From a virus, in the IMG/VR virus record IMGVR_UViG_3300028274_000008, positions 2,618 to 66,617 of that record: 64,000 nt of DNA. One strand, given 5' to 3'. Under the pieces are notes generated by a model. It was not told the origin of the DNA. It saw only the letters and a list, made by a program, of their open reading frames with translations, and searched no databases. Positions 10,297-20,649 of the stretch are shown here, piece by piece. The translations under genes were made by a program, and so were the position numbers. Positions within the stretch are counted from its first letter, which is position 1. Every line of letters starts with the position of its first letter.

Positions 10297-10629
10297 TTAC
10301 CCCTCTTCGGCTAGGATATTCTCTAGCTCTTGTTCTGCACTAAATAGTGCTTCTCTTGCAGTAACACCAGTCTGTCTCACATTAGCCAAAAATTGCTGTA
10401 AACCAGCAACACCCGTAAGCTGACACTGAGCATGAGCCTGAACCTTTGGTTCCTGGGCCTGCAAACTAGCAGTAAACGTCAGCATACCCAGAGCAAAGTC
10501 CCTTAAATAAGTCTCAGTAAATAACTTTTTAAAGTGTTTGTTTTTCTCCAGGAAAATCAATGCATCAGCCAGTTCTACTTTGTCCCGTTCTGCTCTAATG
10601 TTTAACTCAATCTTTTCTAAATTTGTCAT
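10297..10629 (-). CDS. N4 gp58-like protein
   Basis: 110 aa helical protein, L..N.HFKKLF.E.Y motif; synteny. Confidence 0.55.
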   Translation of the reverse strand: MTNLEKIELNIRAERDKVELADALIFLEKNKHFKKLFTETYLRDFALGMLTFTASLQAQEPKVQAHAQCQLTGVAGLQQFLANVRQTGVTAREALFSAEQELENILAEEG

Positions 10630-10724
10630 AATTTTATTCCTCTTTGTGTCCTCCTGCGATATGCTGCAGTGAGCTATTATAGGTTATACCTGAGTATAAA
10701 TATACTGGTCAGGCAGTAGTATTT

Positions 10725-11312
10725 TTATTCATCCGTTAGATTTTGTAGTATATCTTCTGCGTCTTCCGCACCAGTAATTACTTTAAAGGCTTGTAAAGCC
10801 GCCATAGCTTTTGGGCCGAGGAGTTTAGTACCTGCTTTAACAAAACCAACTGCAGGTTTTACAGCTTTTCCTAAACCGCCAGTAAGAGCATTAAAAGGGT
10901 CCATTGTCACTCCTGCTGCTGCCTTTTTAGCTGCGTTCATTTCTTGCCAAGACTGCGTTTGTTTAGCTCTCCAATAATCCTCAGACGATTGCCCTACTTT
11001 TTGGATAGCATTATTTTCAAAAGTTCTACCTAAAAATTCAATGTTACCCCCGACATTAGCCATAAACTCTTTAGCAACATCTGGACCAAATTCATTAACA
11101 GTAAAATCTAAAAGTTGCTTGCCCACATTAGCATAGTGTTCTGCAATTATAGTGTGCTCTGTTTTGGGATCCACTATACTTTTTTGGTTTTGTGCTATTT
11201 CTGGATTACGAATCCGTTCTTTAGCTACATCTGTTTCTAATAGTTGCTGCTCTGGAGTGGGTCTAAAAATCCAATCTGGTACTTTTTCATCAGGTGTCTG
11301 AAAAATATTCAT
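10725..11312 (-). CDS. Hypothetical protein between portal and gp58-like genes
   Basis: 195-aa ORF starting 2 nt after the portal stop, with AGGAG RBS. Confidence 0.6.
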   Translation of the reverse strand: MNIFQTPDEKVPDWIFRPTPEQQLLETDVAKERIRNPEIAQNQKSIVDPKTEHTIIAEHYANVGKQLLDFTVNEFGPDVAKEFMANVGGNIEFLGRTFENNAIQKVGQSSEDYWRAKQTQSWQEMNAAKKAAAGVTMDPFNALTGGLGKAVKPAVGFVKAGTKLLGPKAMAALQAFKVITGAEDAEDILQNLTDE

Positions 11313-11314
11313 AA

Positions 11315-13486
11315 TTATTCTCCTACTGTATCTGGTTTAACGGTATCGGATATAATTTTAGTAGTCAAATCATTTTGTGCTTTTACATCTAACTTTTCCA
11401 ACTCTCGGGCTTGGTTTACCCCGGATTCTTGCTCTAAGTAACTTAAATCTTTGTTATCAGCAGCACTGGAAATATCTCTTGTTTTAGCACCTTCAGTACC
11501 TGCTTTTGCCTCATTAAGCTTACCCTGAGTAATCTCACGATAACCCTTCTCCCCATTCAATTCCGCTTCAGCAGCATGCTTGGTTGCCAATGCTTCTTCT
11601 TTAGCAATCTGAGCTTTAAGTAGATATATTTCTAATTCTCTCTTTGCTTCTTCAATTGGATCAGGTTTGGGCTCATACTCTTCAATCTTTTTAGCCATAC
11701 CAGGCATCTTTCTTAAAGTAGCAATATCAGCAAGAATCATATTCCTTAAATCAGGGTCCATATTATTACCGGTAGTCTGAAGCATGAAAGCTAATTCCTC
11801 TGCTTTCTTATTATCAGCTTCAGCAGTACTTATGCTTAACTCAAGATCAAAATGACCAGCAAGATCATCTCTACGGATCGGAATGAATCTTTCATTGGTT
11901 ACTCTAATAATTTCTTCTTCAGATAAGAATTCAGCATTCATACTGATCATCTTACGACCAATCTGGATTATACCTAATGCAAGGCGCCTAAGTATACCAA
12001 ATTCACGTTTACTAGCTGCATCTAAGGCATCCCTACCACCTCCGACACTATCGCCTAATGCACGGCTATTTATACCCGAATGGAAGGCCTTCACACCGGT
12101 AAGACTCTCAGCATCAGCATTCTGCATAGCAATCATATTGGGGGCTGAAGCAGGTATTTCCGGAAAGGAGTGCATATATACTGCTTGACGGGGATCCATT
12201 ACCTGATTAAATACATAATCCTCACCCCTATCAAATTTACGTTTATTAGTAAAATCAAGGAAACCTTGTTGCATACCAGTCTGACTATTAGCTGATCGAC
12301 CCAAAAGATCAATCATACCACGAGTGGTAGCACCAATAATCTGTTGATTCTCAATCAGTAATTCACCATCAGGTTGACCATAAAGGGATTTACGTACTGG
12401 TAAATACACTGCTTTAACAAAGGGATGTTCTTTATCCGGGAAAGGGTTCTCTTCCATACGGATCTTACGATCATTGACCCAAGCAGCAACAATGGGTACT
12501 ACTGTACCATCACCATGGATATCCCAGTCACCCCAGTACTGTTGCACGGTAAACTGCTTACGGGGTTCATCAGTAAAATTAAAAGAATCATTATCAGGTG
12601 TCTCTTCATAATCCGGATCAGTTAAAGGAGAAGAGGCTTCTTTATTTATATGCTTTAAATTATGATACTTACCGTCTTTCTTTAAACCGGCTACTGAAGC
12701 TTTAAAAGTCTCACCAATAAAACCTGCCTTACGGATATCACCACCGCAGGACGGATCCATAACAAGATTTTTATGCTCCATCACTTCAAGAACTGGTTGA
12801 TTCTTTGTTTCCTTCATTACTTTCTCAATACGAACACCAATTTGATTGGGTGTAACCGCCTGGCCAGTTGTAGCAAATATTTGTAATGTTTGATCCATCC
12901 CGGGATTGCTGTATTCTTCGTACACATCCCGGTTATCTTTCTTAAGTTGCAATAGCTGAATGTATTTAGGAATAGTTTGCTGCAGTACTTCCGGATCAGT
13001 AATAGGAATAAATTCGTATTCAGGAATCTCTTCCTCAACTTCCTCTTCTTCTGAATCCCAGCCTACTTTAACAATGACAGTACCTAGATCAACAGCATCC
13101 CGGATATAGGCATCAATAAAATTTACTTTATCTATCTTAGTATTAAACTGATTATTCAGTACCAGAGCATTTTGTTTAGCCCGGTCTCGGTCACCAGCAG
13201 TAATTGGATTTACATTAAAAATATCTGAAGTACTTAAGAATGGTTCAGATAAAGAAGAGTACCGCCATTCAGCCTGCTTCCGGATAACCTTGGGCACAAC
13301 AGAAGATCTACCTTTTGCAGTGGTAATCTTAGCAGCTCCAGTAATATTTAAATTCTCTAACCAGGTATCAACATTATTGATATGCTTATCATAGTCCGAC
13401 CGGGCATCATCTAAATTTTGTTTCAAATCAGCGATAGATGGCTCATTAGCCCAATCAGTAAGTTTTGTTTTAGCTGTATCTTCCAT
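11315..13486 (-). CDS. Portal protein (N4 gp59-like)
   Basis: LTDWANEPS, PKVIRKQAEWRYSSLSEPFL, RGMIDLLGRSAN and AESLTGVKAF motifs. Confidence 0.92.
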   Translation of the reverse strand: MEDTAKTKLTDWANEPSIADLKQNLDDARSDYDKHINNVDTWLENLNITGAAKITTAKGRSSVVPKVIRKQAEWRYSSLSEPFLSTSDIFNVNPITAGDRDRAKQNALVLNNQFNTKIDKVNFIDAYIRDAVDLGTVIVKVGWDSEEEEVEEEIPEYEFIPITDPEVLQQTIPKYIQLLQLKKDNRDVYEEYSNPGMDQTLQIFATTGQAVTPNQIGVRIEKVMKETKNQPVLEVMEHKNLVMDPSCGGDIRKAGFIGETFKASVAGLKKDGKYHNLKHINKEASSPLTDPDYEETPDNDSFNFTDEPRKQFTVQQYWGDWDIHGDGTVVPIVAAWVNDRKIRMEENPFPDKEHPFVKAVYLPVRKSLYGQPDGELLIENQQIIGATTRGMIDLLGRSANSQTGMQQGFLDFTNKRKFDRGEDYVFNQVMDPRQAVYMHSFPEIPASAPNMIAMQNADAESLTGVKAFHSGINSRALGDSVGGGRDALDAASKREFGILRRLALGIIQIGRKMISMNAEFLSEEEIIRVTNERFIPIRRDDLAGHFDLELSISTAEADNKKAEELAFMLQTTGNNMDPDLRNMILADIATLRKMPGMAKKIEEYEPKPDPIEEAKRELEIYLLKAQIAKEEALATKHAAEAELNGEKGYREITQGKLNEAKAGTEGAKTRDISSAADNKDLSYLEQESGVNQARELEKLDVKAQNDLTTKIISDTVKPDTVGE

Positions 13487-13513
13487 GTGATATATCCTAT
13501 TTAAATATGTTTA

Positions 13514-13984
13514 CTATTCTTTTGGAAATCTATTTTTAGCTGAACGACAAACAGCATCATATGCTTTAAGTTGCTCTTTACTTTTTTTTCTTTCTTTTGG
13601 GTCATCACTACGCAATTTAAACTGTATATCTAAATAATCATTTGAATCCGGGTATAACCACTTACGGAAAGTTGTATAGTATTTCTTTTTAAAAGCAACA
13701 GGTTCTTCACCTAAATTAATAATTGCTTTATTAAAATTATCTTCTGAATCTACATATTGTTTTAAACTGAACAAATTAGTAACAGGAAATTCTGGATAAG
13801 GTATTGTGGGCTCTGTAACAACTAAAGTTTCAGGATTAATTATACAAGTTTCTTCATACCTTTGATCACATAAAATTTCTGTGACTGGATCAAAATTAAG
13901 TTTAGCTTGATGAAGCGAACAACCTAAGTATTTTACAACTTTACCTGTTACTTTATTAAAAACTGTATATTCATTATTTTGCAT
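13514..13984 (-). CDS. Hypothetical protein, possibly a tail-fibre assembly factor
   Basis: 156-aa ORF with RBS, directly downstream of the tail protein. Confidence 0.5.
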   Translation of the reverse strand: MQNNEYTVFNKVTGKVVKYLGCSLHQAKLNFDPVTEILCDQRYEETCIINPETLVVTEPTIPYPEFPVTNLFSLKQYVDSEDNFNKAIINLGEEPVAFKKKYYTTFRKWLYPDSNDYLDIQFKLRSDDPKERKKSKEQLKAYDAVCRSAKNRFPKE

Positions 13985-13989
13985 AATTC

Positions 13990-16233
13990 CTACTTATATG
14001 AAATCATTACTATAATACAAGGATAGCCTGTTGCGCCACCTAAAGTACCCTGTACTTTAAAAGAATATGAACCGGCTGCTACTGTTGACCAAGTTCTGCC
14101 ACCAGAGTACATTCCTCCCTCACCACCAGCAGACCATATGAGTGTTGTACCTGCATAAAAATTAACAGTACAAGTAGTATACCCTACCATAGAAAACTGT
14201 ACGGATATGTTTGCAGTAGAATGTGTAGAAAAATTATGAGTTAAAGTGTAATCAGTAGAAAGTCCACTATCTCCAGTAATCTCTGTTGCGGCATTAGCGT
14301 CAAGTTTACCAGTATTAACAGCTAGATCTTGGATATTACCAGTAGCAATAATATCACCGGTAACAGTTAAAGTAGAGCCATTCCAAAGAATACTTTTGGA
14401 GGAATTACCAAAAGCTAATTTATAGGTCCCACCATCATAGCCCATCCAAAAACCAGCAGTTGGATCAGCATGCGAAGTTTTACCCCCTCTAAGGCTTCCA
14501 GTGGTTCCAACATTCAGTAAACCAGTATTAACAGAAAGAGCGGCTAAATTAGATACATTTATTTGGTTTGCAGTAATAGAATTAGTATAAATCTTTCCGC
14601 CATCAATAAAGGTTTGTCCTGGATATTTCCAGAGTACCGTTGAATTGTAGCCAAGTACCCCATTTGCAGCATCAGCAAGAACTGCAGCACCGCCATTTAA
14701 TTCCCCAACAGTTATTGCTCCAGTATTTATTAAACTTGTTTGAATTTTAGTTCCTGAAATAATAGTGCCATCTAGGTTGCTAAAACCAACAGAAGATAAA
14801 TAAGCCATAGCAGCTAAACTTAAAGCTGACTTAACAGATGCAGGATCTGCACCAATTGAACCAACAATTAAAGTTGTGGGGATATTTACATAAGTAGAAT
14901 TTAAACTAATAACATCACCAGCTACTGAAAATACAGGATCAGCCGAAGTACTGGTTAACACTTTAAAAGTGTCAGCGTTAACAATAAATTCTGATTTAGT
15001 ATCATCTGGTTGAGCTGTCCAATAAGCCGGGTCTACACCAGGAGCATTGCCTGCAGCAGACGTATGAGCCAAAATACAAAGATAAACTACATTACCATAA
15101 ACAACTTTAATTTCTAATGGGTAGTCTTCGCCACTGAGCCAAATAGGATTAAGTAATAACTGAAAACCGGTTGCATAAGATTTACCATTACCATCTTCAA
15201 CAATGTTTACTGCAAATTGATTAGCCAATAAAGTTTGGGTGGCCTCTAAAGAATATTTTGTTGCACCAAGTTTCGTGCTGTTGACTTGGGAAAGAATTTG
15301 ATTAGCTGAAATTGTAGTTTCTGCAATATTTACTCGACCTGTAACACTATCAGTTGCAATTACTTGTAGATCAATAAGATCTCCTTGAATAGTAAGATTA
15401 GCTTGGTTTAAAAGCATTCCAGCATTAGTAGTAATTCTCTCTGAAGCCTCTAAAACAATACCAGCAGCATTAATATCGATAGAAGACTGCAGTGCAACAA
15501 TATCACCAGCTGGTCCATTGATTTGACTTACATCACTTACTAATAATAAAATATCTGCAGCTGTTTGATCTATCCGAGATGTTTGCACAGCCAGATCTCC
15601 AGCTGCACTTATTTGTAAATCAATAACACTCTGACTAATTTGTGATGCTGTTTGCTCAATACTAGAAGCTCTTACTTCTAACTTGCCAGCAGTATCAGCT
15701 TTAATATCAACAGCAGTACTGGCAATTAGAGCATTAGTCTGTATTACTGAAGTATCTACTAAAGAAACCCCTTGTGGGTAGGTTAATAATAAATCAGTAC
15801 CAATGGTTGTCCATAGAGCAGCTAATTTGTTTAGATCAGTCTCAAGGCTAGCAGTCATCTGAGCTGCTGTTAAGTTATTTCCTAATAATGCTACTAATTG
15901 ATTGGTAGTATACACACCCCCAGCACCAGTAGCTCCAGTAGCTCCAGTGGCGCCTGTTGCTCCGGTATTGCCTGTAGGACCAGTAGGACCAATTGGACCA
16001 CCAACACTTACTGTAACAATGGGTTTTTCATCACCAAGAACAGTAACCGGTGTTGCGCCGGTAACAGTAATCTGAGGGGTTACATTGCCTATAACTGTGA
16101 CTTGAGAGGTAGAATTATCTGTAACAGTTATTGCAGCAATAGAACTATCAGTAATAGTTACAGTGGGTTGATTACTATTCACTGTAACGGTTACTACTGT
16201 TGGGACTACGTTTACAACAGCTGTATCGCTCAT
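13990..16233 (-). CDS. Tail fibre/host-specificity protein with collagen-like repeat and a CBM5/12-like motif
   Basis: V/T-rich N-terminus, GxT collagen triplets, coiled coil, W...Y...VVYGNVVYLC..AHTS...P....YW motif, FIVNADTF segment as in lambda-J-like C-termini. Confidence 0.65.
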   Translation of the reverse strand: MSDTAVVNVVPTVVTVTVNSNQPTVTITDSSIAAITVTDNSTSQVTVIGNVTPQITVTGATPVTVLGDEKPIVTVSVGGPIGPTGPTGNTGATGATGATGATGAGGVYTTNQLVALLGNNLTAAQMTASLETDLNKLAALWTTIGTDLLLTYPQGVSLVDTSVIQTNALIASTAVDIKADTAGKLEVRASSIEQTASQISQSVIDLQISAAGDLAVQTSRIDQTAADILLLVSDVSQINGPAGDIVALQSSIDINAAGIVLEASERITTNAGMLLNQANLTIQGDLIDLQVIATDSVTGRVNIAETTISANQILSQVNSTKLGATKYSLEATQTLLANQFAVNIVEDGNGKSYATGFQLLLNPIWLSGEDYPLEIKVVYGNVVYLCILAHTSAAGNAPGVDPAYWTAQPDDTKSEFIVNADTFKVLTSTSADPVFSVAGDVISLNSTYVNIPTTLIVGSIGADPASVKSALSLAAMAYLSSVGFSNLDGTIISGTKIQTSLINTGAITVGELNGGAAVLADAANGVLGYNSTVLWKYPGQTFIDGGKIYTNSITANQINVSNLAALSVNTGLLNVGTTGSLRGGKTSHADPTAGFWMGYDGGTYKLAFGNSSKSILWNGSTLTVTGDIIATGNIQDLAVNTGKLDANAATEITGDSGLSTDYTLTHNFSTHSTANISVQFSMVGYTTCTVNFYAGTTLIWSAGGEGGMYSGGRTWSTVAAGSYSFKVQGTLGGATGYPCIIVMISYK

Positions 16234-16631
16234 AATGTTATTTCGCCAGTAACCTTTACTAAGCCAACAAGAATCTTGTCAACCACTTCAGCAACTACCG
16301 GAGGTCCGACAAGAGCATCAGTAACTAGTTCCAGGTCATAACGGCCTTCATTAAAAGTTAATGCAGCCGTGTCAGCTGCAGAAATAAACATAGTAAGAGT
16401 AGTGGTTACTACTTCAATACCACCATTATCAGTTGTCAACTCTAACAGTGGTACCATTGGACTATTACCATGTTTTTTAATCCAAGCAGGTCTGATCTGC
16501 ATACGTACCGAATCGTAAGTACTAAAATCAATTGCTATTCCTGCAGCATTCTCAGCATTAATACCTACTGAAAATGTACCACCTCTGTAAATTGTAATAT
16601 CGTAATTACCAGGTACCATAATTAAGTCCAC
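16230..16631 (-). CDS. Small beta-sandwich virion/tail protein
   Basis: ITIYRGGTF, RMQIR, LELTTDNGGI and YDLELV motifs common in phage tail accessory proteins. Confidence 0.5.
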   Translation of the reverse strand: MDLIMVPGNYDITIYRGGTFSVGINAENAAGIAIDFSTYDSVRMQIRPAWIKKHGNSPMVPLLELTTDNGGIEVVTTTLTMFISAADTAALTFNEGRYDLELVTDALVGPPVVAEVVDKILVGLVKVTGEITL

Positions 16632-17347
16632 CCATTACTTTCAAATTTTTCGGAAGATTCCTCAGTCTTATCAGCCAAACCAAGTAACTCTATTTTTTTA
16701 CATGAATTTTCATATTGGTACATAAAAGTAGTATAAAGACTTCGCTCACCTTCAGCAGCCTTAGAAGCCTTTCCCTGAAACACCCGGGCAGCAACATAAA
16801 GCAATAGGGGCTCTAGTATCCAACTAGGAAAGAATAATTCTACTTCTTCTGGATTAAAGTCATCTTCTACTACAATTTTGGGATAACTGGCCAAATAGAT
16901 TAAAGTCAGAACTCTTAAAGGATCTTGAGGCGTAAGTCTTATAGTATCAAATGCTTGAGTGAACACCCCCAGATCCGGAAAACGTTTATCATTAAGATGG
17001 ATTGGATCATCATCAGCATCAATAACTTCAGTAATCTTAATTATATCATCTTCAAAGGGATCATCGCTATCTTCAATTAAATAACCATTAGAGGACACAG
17101 CAGCTACAGTGCTGCTAAGGTAATCTGAACGAATTAAATAATGAGTAATACCAGTCTGTTCATAAAGATCAATTCTCTTTTCTTTAAGAGTAAAGCGCTT
17201 ATAAATCTCAATAAGACCTAAATTTACATTACTAACTATCTTGGGATATTTTTCTTCGGTAATAGTGGATAACACTGAATTGCCTAGAGCCAAATTAGAA
17301 AATTCTCCAGAGGCTAAAGTGTCAAAAAACTCTTGTAAGGTAATCAT
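16622..17347 (-). CDS. Head-tail adaptor (N4 gp67-like)
   Basis: LASGEFSNL, NLGLIEIYKRF, LEPLLLYVAAR and C-terminal KFESNGW; directly downstream of terminase. Confidence 0.75.
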   Translation of the reverse strand: MITLQEFFDTLASGEFSNLALGNSVLSTITEEKYPKIVSNVNLGLIEIYKRFTLKEKRIDLYEQTGITHYLIRSDYLSSTVAAVSSNGYLIEDSDDPFEDDIIKITEVIDADDDPIHLNDKRFPDLGVFTQAFDTIRLTPQDPLRVLTLIYLASYPKIVVEDDFNPEEVELFFPSWILEPLLLYVAARVFQGKASKAAEGERSLYTTFMYQYENSCKKIELLGLADKTEESSEKFESNGWT

Positions 17348-17374
17348 GAGTACCCTCTACGTTAAATATTTAGT

Positions 17375-18970
17375 TTACACTACATAAGAATCAATTGTTG
17401 ATACATTGTCTTCCTTCTCACTTTCATAAACATTATTTTGGTCTTTATGCATGATCACATTATCACTTGGTCTCCATACTGTCAAACTACTCAACATAGA
17501 AATAGTATCTATAAAGTCATCGTGTTTACTCTTCATACCGCTCGGAGAAACTAATTGCAACTCATTTATGCACTCTTGCATTGGAGGGGTGTCTTTTAAT
17601 TCTAAAGGAAGATACATTTTTTTAGCCTTGAACCAAGGAACAACAATATTAAATCTAACCATTTTATGGGAGTTAGGTCTTATACCCGGCTGGTTACTAT
17701 TATTGTCAGTTGCGAGCATAAAATAAATATTACGATCCATCATTTCACTTTGGATCCAGGGTATAAATCCACCTTGCTGGCCACTCACCTCAACACCTAC
17801 TGTCTGGGGTTGCCACTTCTGAGCCAACCTAAATAAGTCATCAATGTTATGGTTCATTAACTGCTTTTTACAAATGCCATCGATCCAAAACCAAAAGCCT
17901 TTATTATTCAGGGCCCACACCGATATAACAGAAAAATCACTAGAACTCTTCTTACTGGTGGCAAAATCAGTAGTAATATAATAATTAAAGGCCCCTAAAT
18001 TATTTAAGATCATTTCATGTTTATACCAACAAATATCTGAATCCTGGATTAACCTGTCTTCCTGAGACATAATTCTCAACATTAACTCCTGGTTAAACGC
18101 ACTGATCTCACCATTCTCTGAGAGAGTATCATACTCCTGCTGTACAAAGTCAAAGGTAAACCTGTCCTCCCAAGCGCCTTTAAAGTCCTCTCTGGCACAG
18201 GGAAACTCTTCACAGATCGGATATACTCTGGTATTCCAACCACTACTGCCTGCAGCTTCATATAATGGGTCTCTTTGATTAAAAGGGGTACCGGTCCATA
18301 TAACCATACGCTTAGCAGGATGCATAGCCTGTCGAGCAGCTTTATATATAATATTCTTTATATCCCGGGTAATAGTAGCTGATTCAGCATTCTTATCACT
18401 CATTAAATCGTCAAAGCCTGCCCAGGATGGCCTGGTCCCATATTCTTTAAATCCTCTCACACCGGTACTGGCCCCGAACCCTCTGACACAAAATCTATGG
18501 CCGGCAGCATTAATAAACTCCCATCGGACATCAGTAAAGTTTGCAGTAGGAATATAAGTTTTTAAGAATTCAGAATTATTATACCTGAACTCTAAATTCT
18601 TACGCATACTCTTAATACCGTTATCAATGGTGTCACTGATATACATTGCCACTGACACCTCACCAAAATCAAAGAATTCACCATATACTGCAATATATAA
18701 AAACATGTACTCATGTAGAGCAGTCGTTTTGGCACTGCCACGGAAAGACACAAATAGATTATTATTATTAGCATTTATATTATCGAGCATATCCATATGG
18801 AAGACAGGTGACTTATTTTCTTCACCTTCAGTACCATTAACTAACTTAATAAAAGTAATATAAGCCAGTGCTTCTTCTGACGGGACATAATGCTCATTGA
18901 AAAAAGAATAATTAACTTCATTAAGTAATTTTTCTAAAGATGGGTTATCTTTTAATTTATCAGTCATCAT
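17375..18970 (-). CDS. terL: Terminase large subunit (N4 gp68-like)
   Basis: Walker A-like FRGSAKTT, GVRG, FDDLMSD, TGTPF, nuclease motifs TTDFA and HDDFID. Confidence 0.93.
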   Translation of the reverse strand: MMTDKLKDNPSLEKLLNEVNYSFFNEHYVPSEEALAYITFIKLVNGTEGEENKSPVFHMDMLDNINANNNNLFVSFRGSAKTTALHEYMFLYIAVYGEFFDFGEVSVAMYISDTIDNGIKSMRKNLEFRYNNSEFLKTYIPTANFTDVRWEFINAAGHRFCVRGFGASTGVRGFKEYGTRPSWAGFDDLMSDKNAESATITRDIKNIIYKAARQAMHPAKRMVIWTGTPFNQRDPLYEAAGSSGWNTRVYPICEEFPCAREDFKGAWEDRFTFDFVQQEYDTLSENGEISAFNQELMLRIMSQEDRLIQDSDICWYKHEMILNNLGAFNYYITTDFATSKKSSSDFSVISVWALNNKGFWFWIDGICKKQLMNHNIDDLFRLAQKWQPQTVGVEVSGQQGGFIPWIQSEMMDRNIYFMLATDNNSNQPGIRPNSHKMVRFNIVVPWFKAKKMYLPLELKDTPPMQECINELQLVSPSGMKSKHDDFIDTISMLSSLTVWRPSDNVIMHKDQNNVYESEKEDNVSTIDSYVV

Positions 18971-19634
18971 TCACCAACGTACTCTCAGCAATGGTCTTAA
19001 CTGAGTGTGAACCATTAAGAATAAGCTCTTGCTGTTGCTTAGCTAATTTGAGAGTAGTTTCTCTTAAAGTCCTGATAGAGTCATCCTGTTTTACTGTAAT
19101 ATCTAACTCCAGTTTAGAGGATTCTGGGGGTTTCAAATGAACCATTACACTGTTGGCTGCATCAGATCTTACTTTCTCTGACTTGGCGTGGTGCATCAGA
19201 TCAACCTGAGTATTCAAAGCATCCTGGTACGCGGGGGCATTCAGTACATGAAAGGGTACTAGTGTCTGTTCAAAAATAAGATTAACTAATTTACTCTTGT
19301 TATAGGCAGTGGTGTAACTCGCAATATCCTTTTGAGCTACACCATCTGCCAGAAAGCCTACATACTTATCCGGAAAGGTTTTGATGTAAGCATCTTTATT
19401 TGTATGACCCAATAACTTAAAACTAACATATTTCACTGCACTGATATAGCTGGTCATCTTAAACCGGCCTTCAGTCATCACATTGGTATAGCTTAACAGG
19501 TTCTCTCGGAAATGTTCCAAAGCCTCCGGATTCATCAGCATATCATTAATATCATCAATGATCTGAGGATTAACTAATTTCTTAACCGTTACCGGTAGTG
19601 CAGCTTTAAATTGTTCTTCAGTTATTGGGTCCAT
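18960..19634 (-). CDS. Terminase small subunit (N4 gp69-like)
   Basis: FRENLLSY, YISAVKYVS and SEKVRSDAANS..HLKPPE motifs; overlaps the terL start. Confidence 0.75.
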   Translation of the reverse strand: MDPITEEQFKAALPVTVKKLVNPQIIDDINDMLMNPEALEHFRENLLSYTNVMTEGRFKMTSYISAVKYVSFKLLGHTNKDAYIKTFPDKYVGFLADGVAQKDIASYTTAYNKSKLVNLIFEQTLVPFHVLNAPAYQDALNTQVDLMHHAKSEKVRSDAANSVMVHLKPPESSKLELDITVKQDDSIRTLRETTLKLAKQQQELILNGSHSVKTIAESTLVNDD

Positions 19635-19642
19635 GGTTTATC

Positions 19643-20167
19643 CTATTTTATAATCATCCAATCATCAGCCAGCATATCAGTCTGTGAAGCTAACCAGCCT
19701 GGTAACCATTTCTTATCAGCAGTCCACATTGCAATATACGGAAGCGTTACAAGGGGTGTGTCTTCACCAATCCATTTTGCGGTTCGATCATTAACCTTTC
19801 TATCTGTCCCTTGTGTTGAGAAAGGAGGTAAAGTCATTCCAGTCATAAGTACCAACCACATATCTTTACCATTCCAACCTGCCCGGGCAACCTTATGCCC
19901 AGTTTTAAGTGCTGCAATAGCTGTTCCAAAGGTCATAGAATCTTCAAGTGATTTATAAGCTGCCTCAAACACATCCATTGGGCTCCATGAGATATAATGA
20001 CAACCGCTTTCCAAGGGTCCATCAAATTTACCCTTAGCATTTGGATAACCTACCATATAGCCATCAGCTAATGGTTCATCCGGAACATCCATTCTCTGTG
20101 AATCACAGTAATCACCAAGAGTCATGGGTGTTGCTTTAATAATTTTTGTACCAATAAACTTTTCCAT
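19643..20167 (-). CDS. DUF2829 / Thoeris anti-defence Tad2-like protein
   Basis: MTFG.AI.ALK.G.KVAR.GWNGK and W.ASQTDMLADDW motifs, plus N-terminal IGTK..KA.PM...YISWSP..VFE.AY domain. Confidence 0.75.
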   Translation of the reverse strand: MEKFIGTKIIKATPMTLGDYCDSQRMDVPDEPLADGYMVGYPNAKGKFDGPLESGCHYISWSPMDVFEAAYKSLEDSMTFGTAIAALKTGHKVARAGWNGKDMWLVLMTGMTLPPFSTQGTDRKVNDRTAKWIGEDTPLVTLPYIAMWTADKKWLPGWLASQTDMLADDWMIIK

Positions 20168-20175
20168 CTTTCCTC

Positions 20176-20379
20176 CTAAGCTGGTTCAAGGTTGTCTTCA
20201 AAATACTTACGAGCCACATACCACTGGTCAGCATGATTCTGTGGATTCCGGGCCACCATACCCATATCATTTTCAGGGTCATCTACTTCAGCTACTGAAA
20301 TATCTGTTAAATCTTCTCCTTTTACATAAGGACGCATCTCAGATAAACCTTTTCTTTTGTACTGTTTAAATTCTTCCAT
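20176..20379 (-). CDS. Small conserved phage hypothetical protein
   Basis: 67 aa, strong GGAGG RBS, ARNP.NH.DQW motif. Confidence 0.6.
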   Translation of the reverse strand: MEEFKQYKRKGLSEMRPYVKGEDLTDISVAEVDDPENDMGMVARNPQNHADQWYVARKYFEDNLEPA

Positions 20380-20418
20380 CTTTCCTCCTCCTTGGGTTAG
20401 TGTATAGGGTAAGTATAG

Positions 20419-20649
20419 TCAAACATTTCTTAAAAGCAAGTTTTTTATTTTTAACTCTTTTAATTCTATCTCTAATTCCTTTAAAGTATTAAAAATAAAA
20501 CCATCCTTTCGTTTTGGGAGTTTAACTTTAAAATCAATACGATCCATTGGGTAATTATAGCGTTGATCAACTTTAAAATTGTAATAACCAAATTGCTGTA
20601 ACAACCGTCTAAAAGGCAAAGTATTTTTATATTTAGCATCAGCTATCAT
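20419..20649 (-). CDS. Hypothetical protein
   Basis: ORF translationally coupled (ATGA overlap) to the upstream ORF. Confidence 0.5.
   Translation of the reverse strand: MIADAKYKNTLPFRRLLQQFGYYNFKVDQRYNYPMDRIDFKVKLPKRKDGFIFNTLKELEIELKELKIKNLLLRNV

Noticed and set aside
15920-16000. 9-nt tandem repeats as a regulatory or contingency locus
   Set aside because: Explained by collagen-like Gly-X-Thr codons in the tail protein
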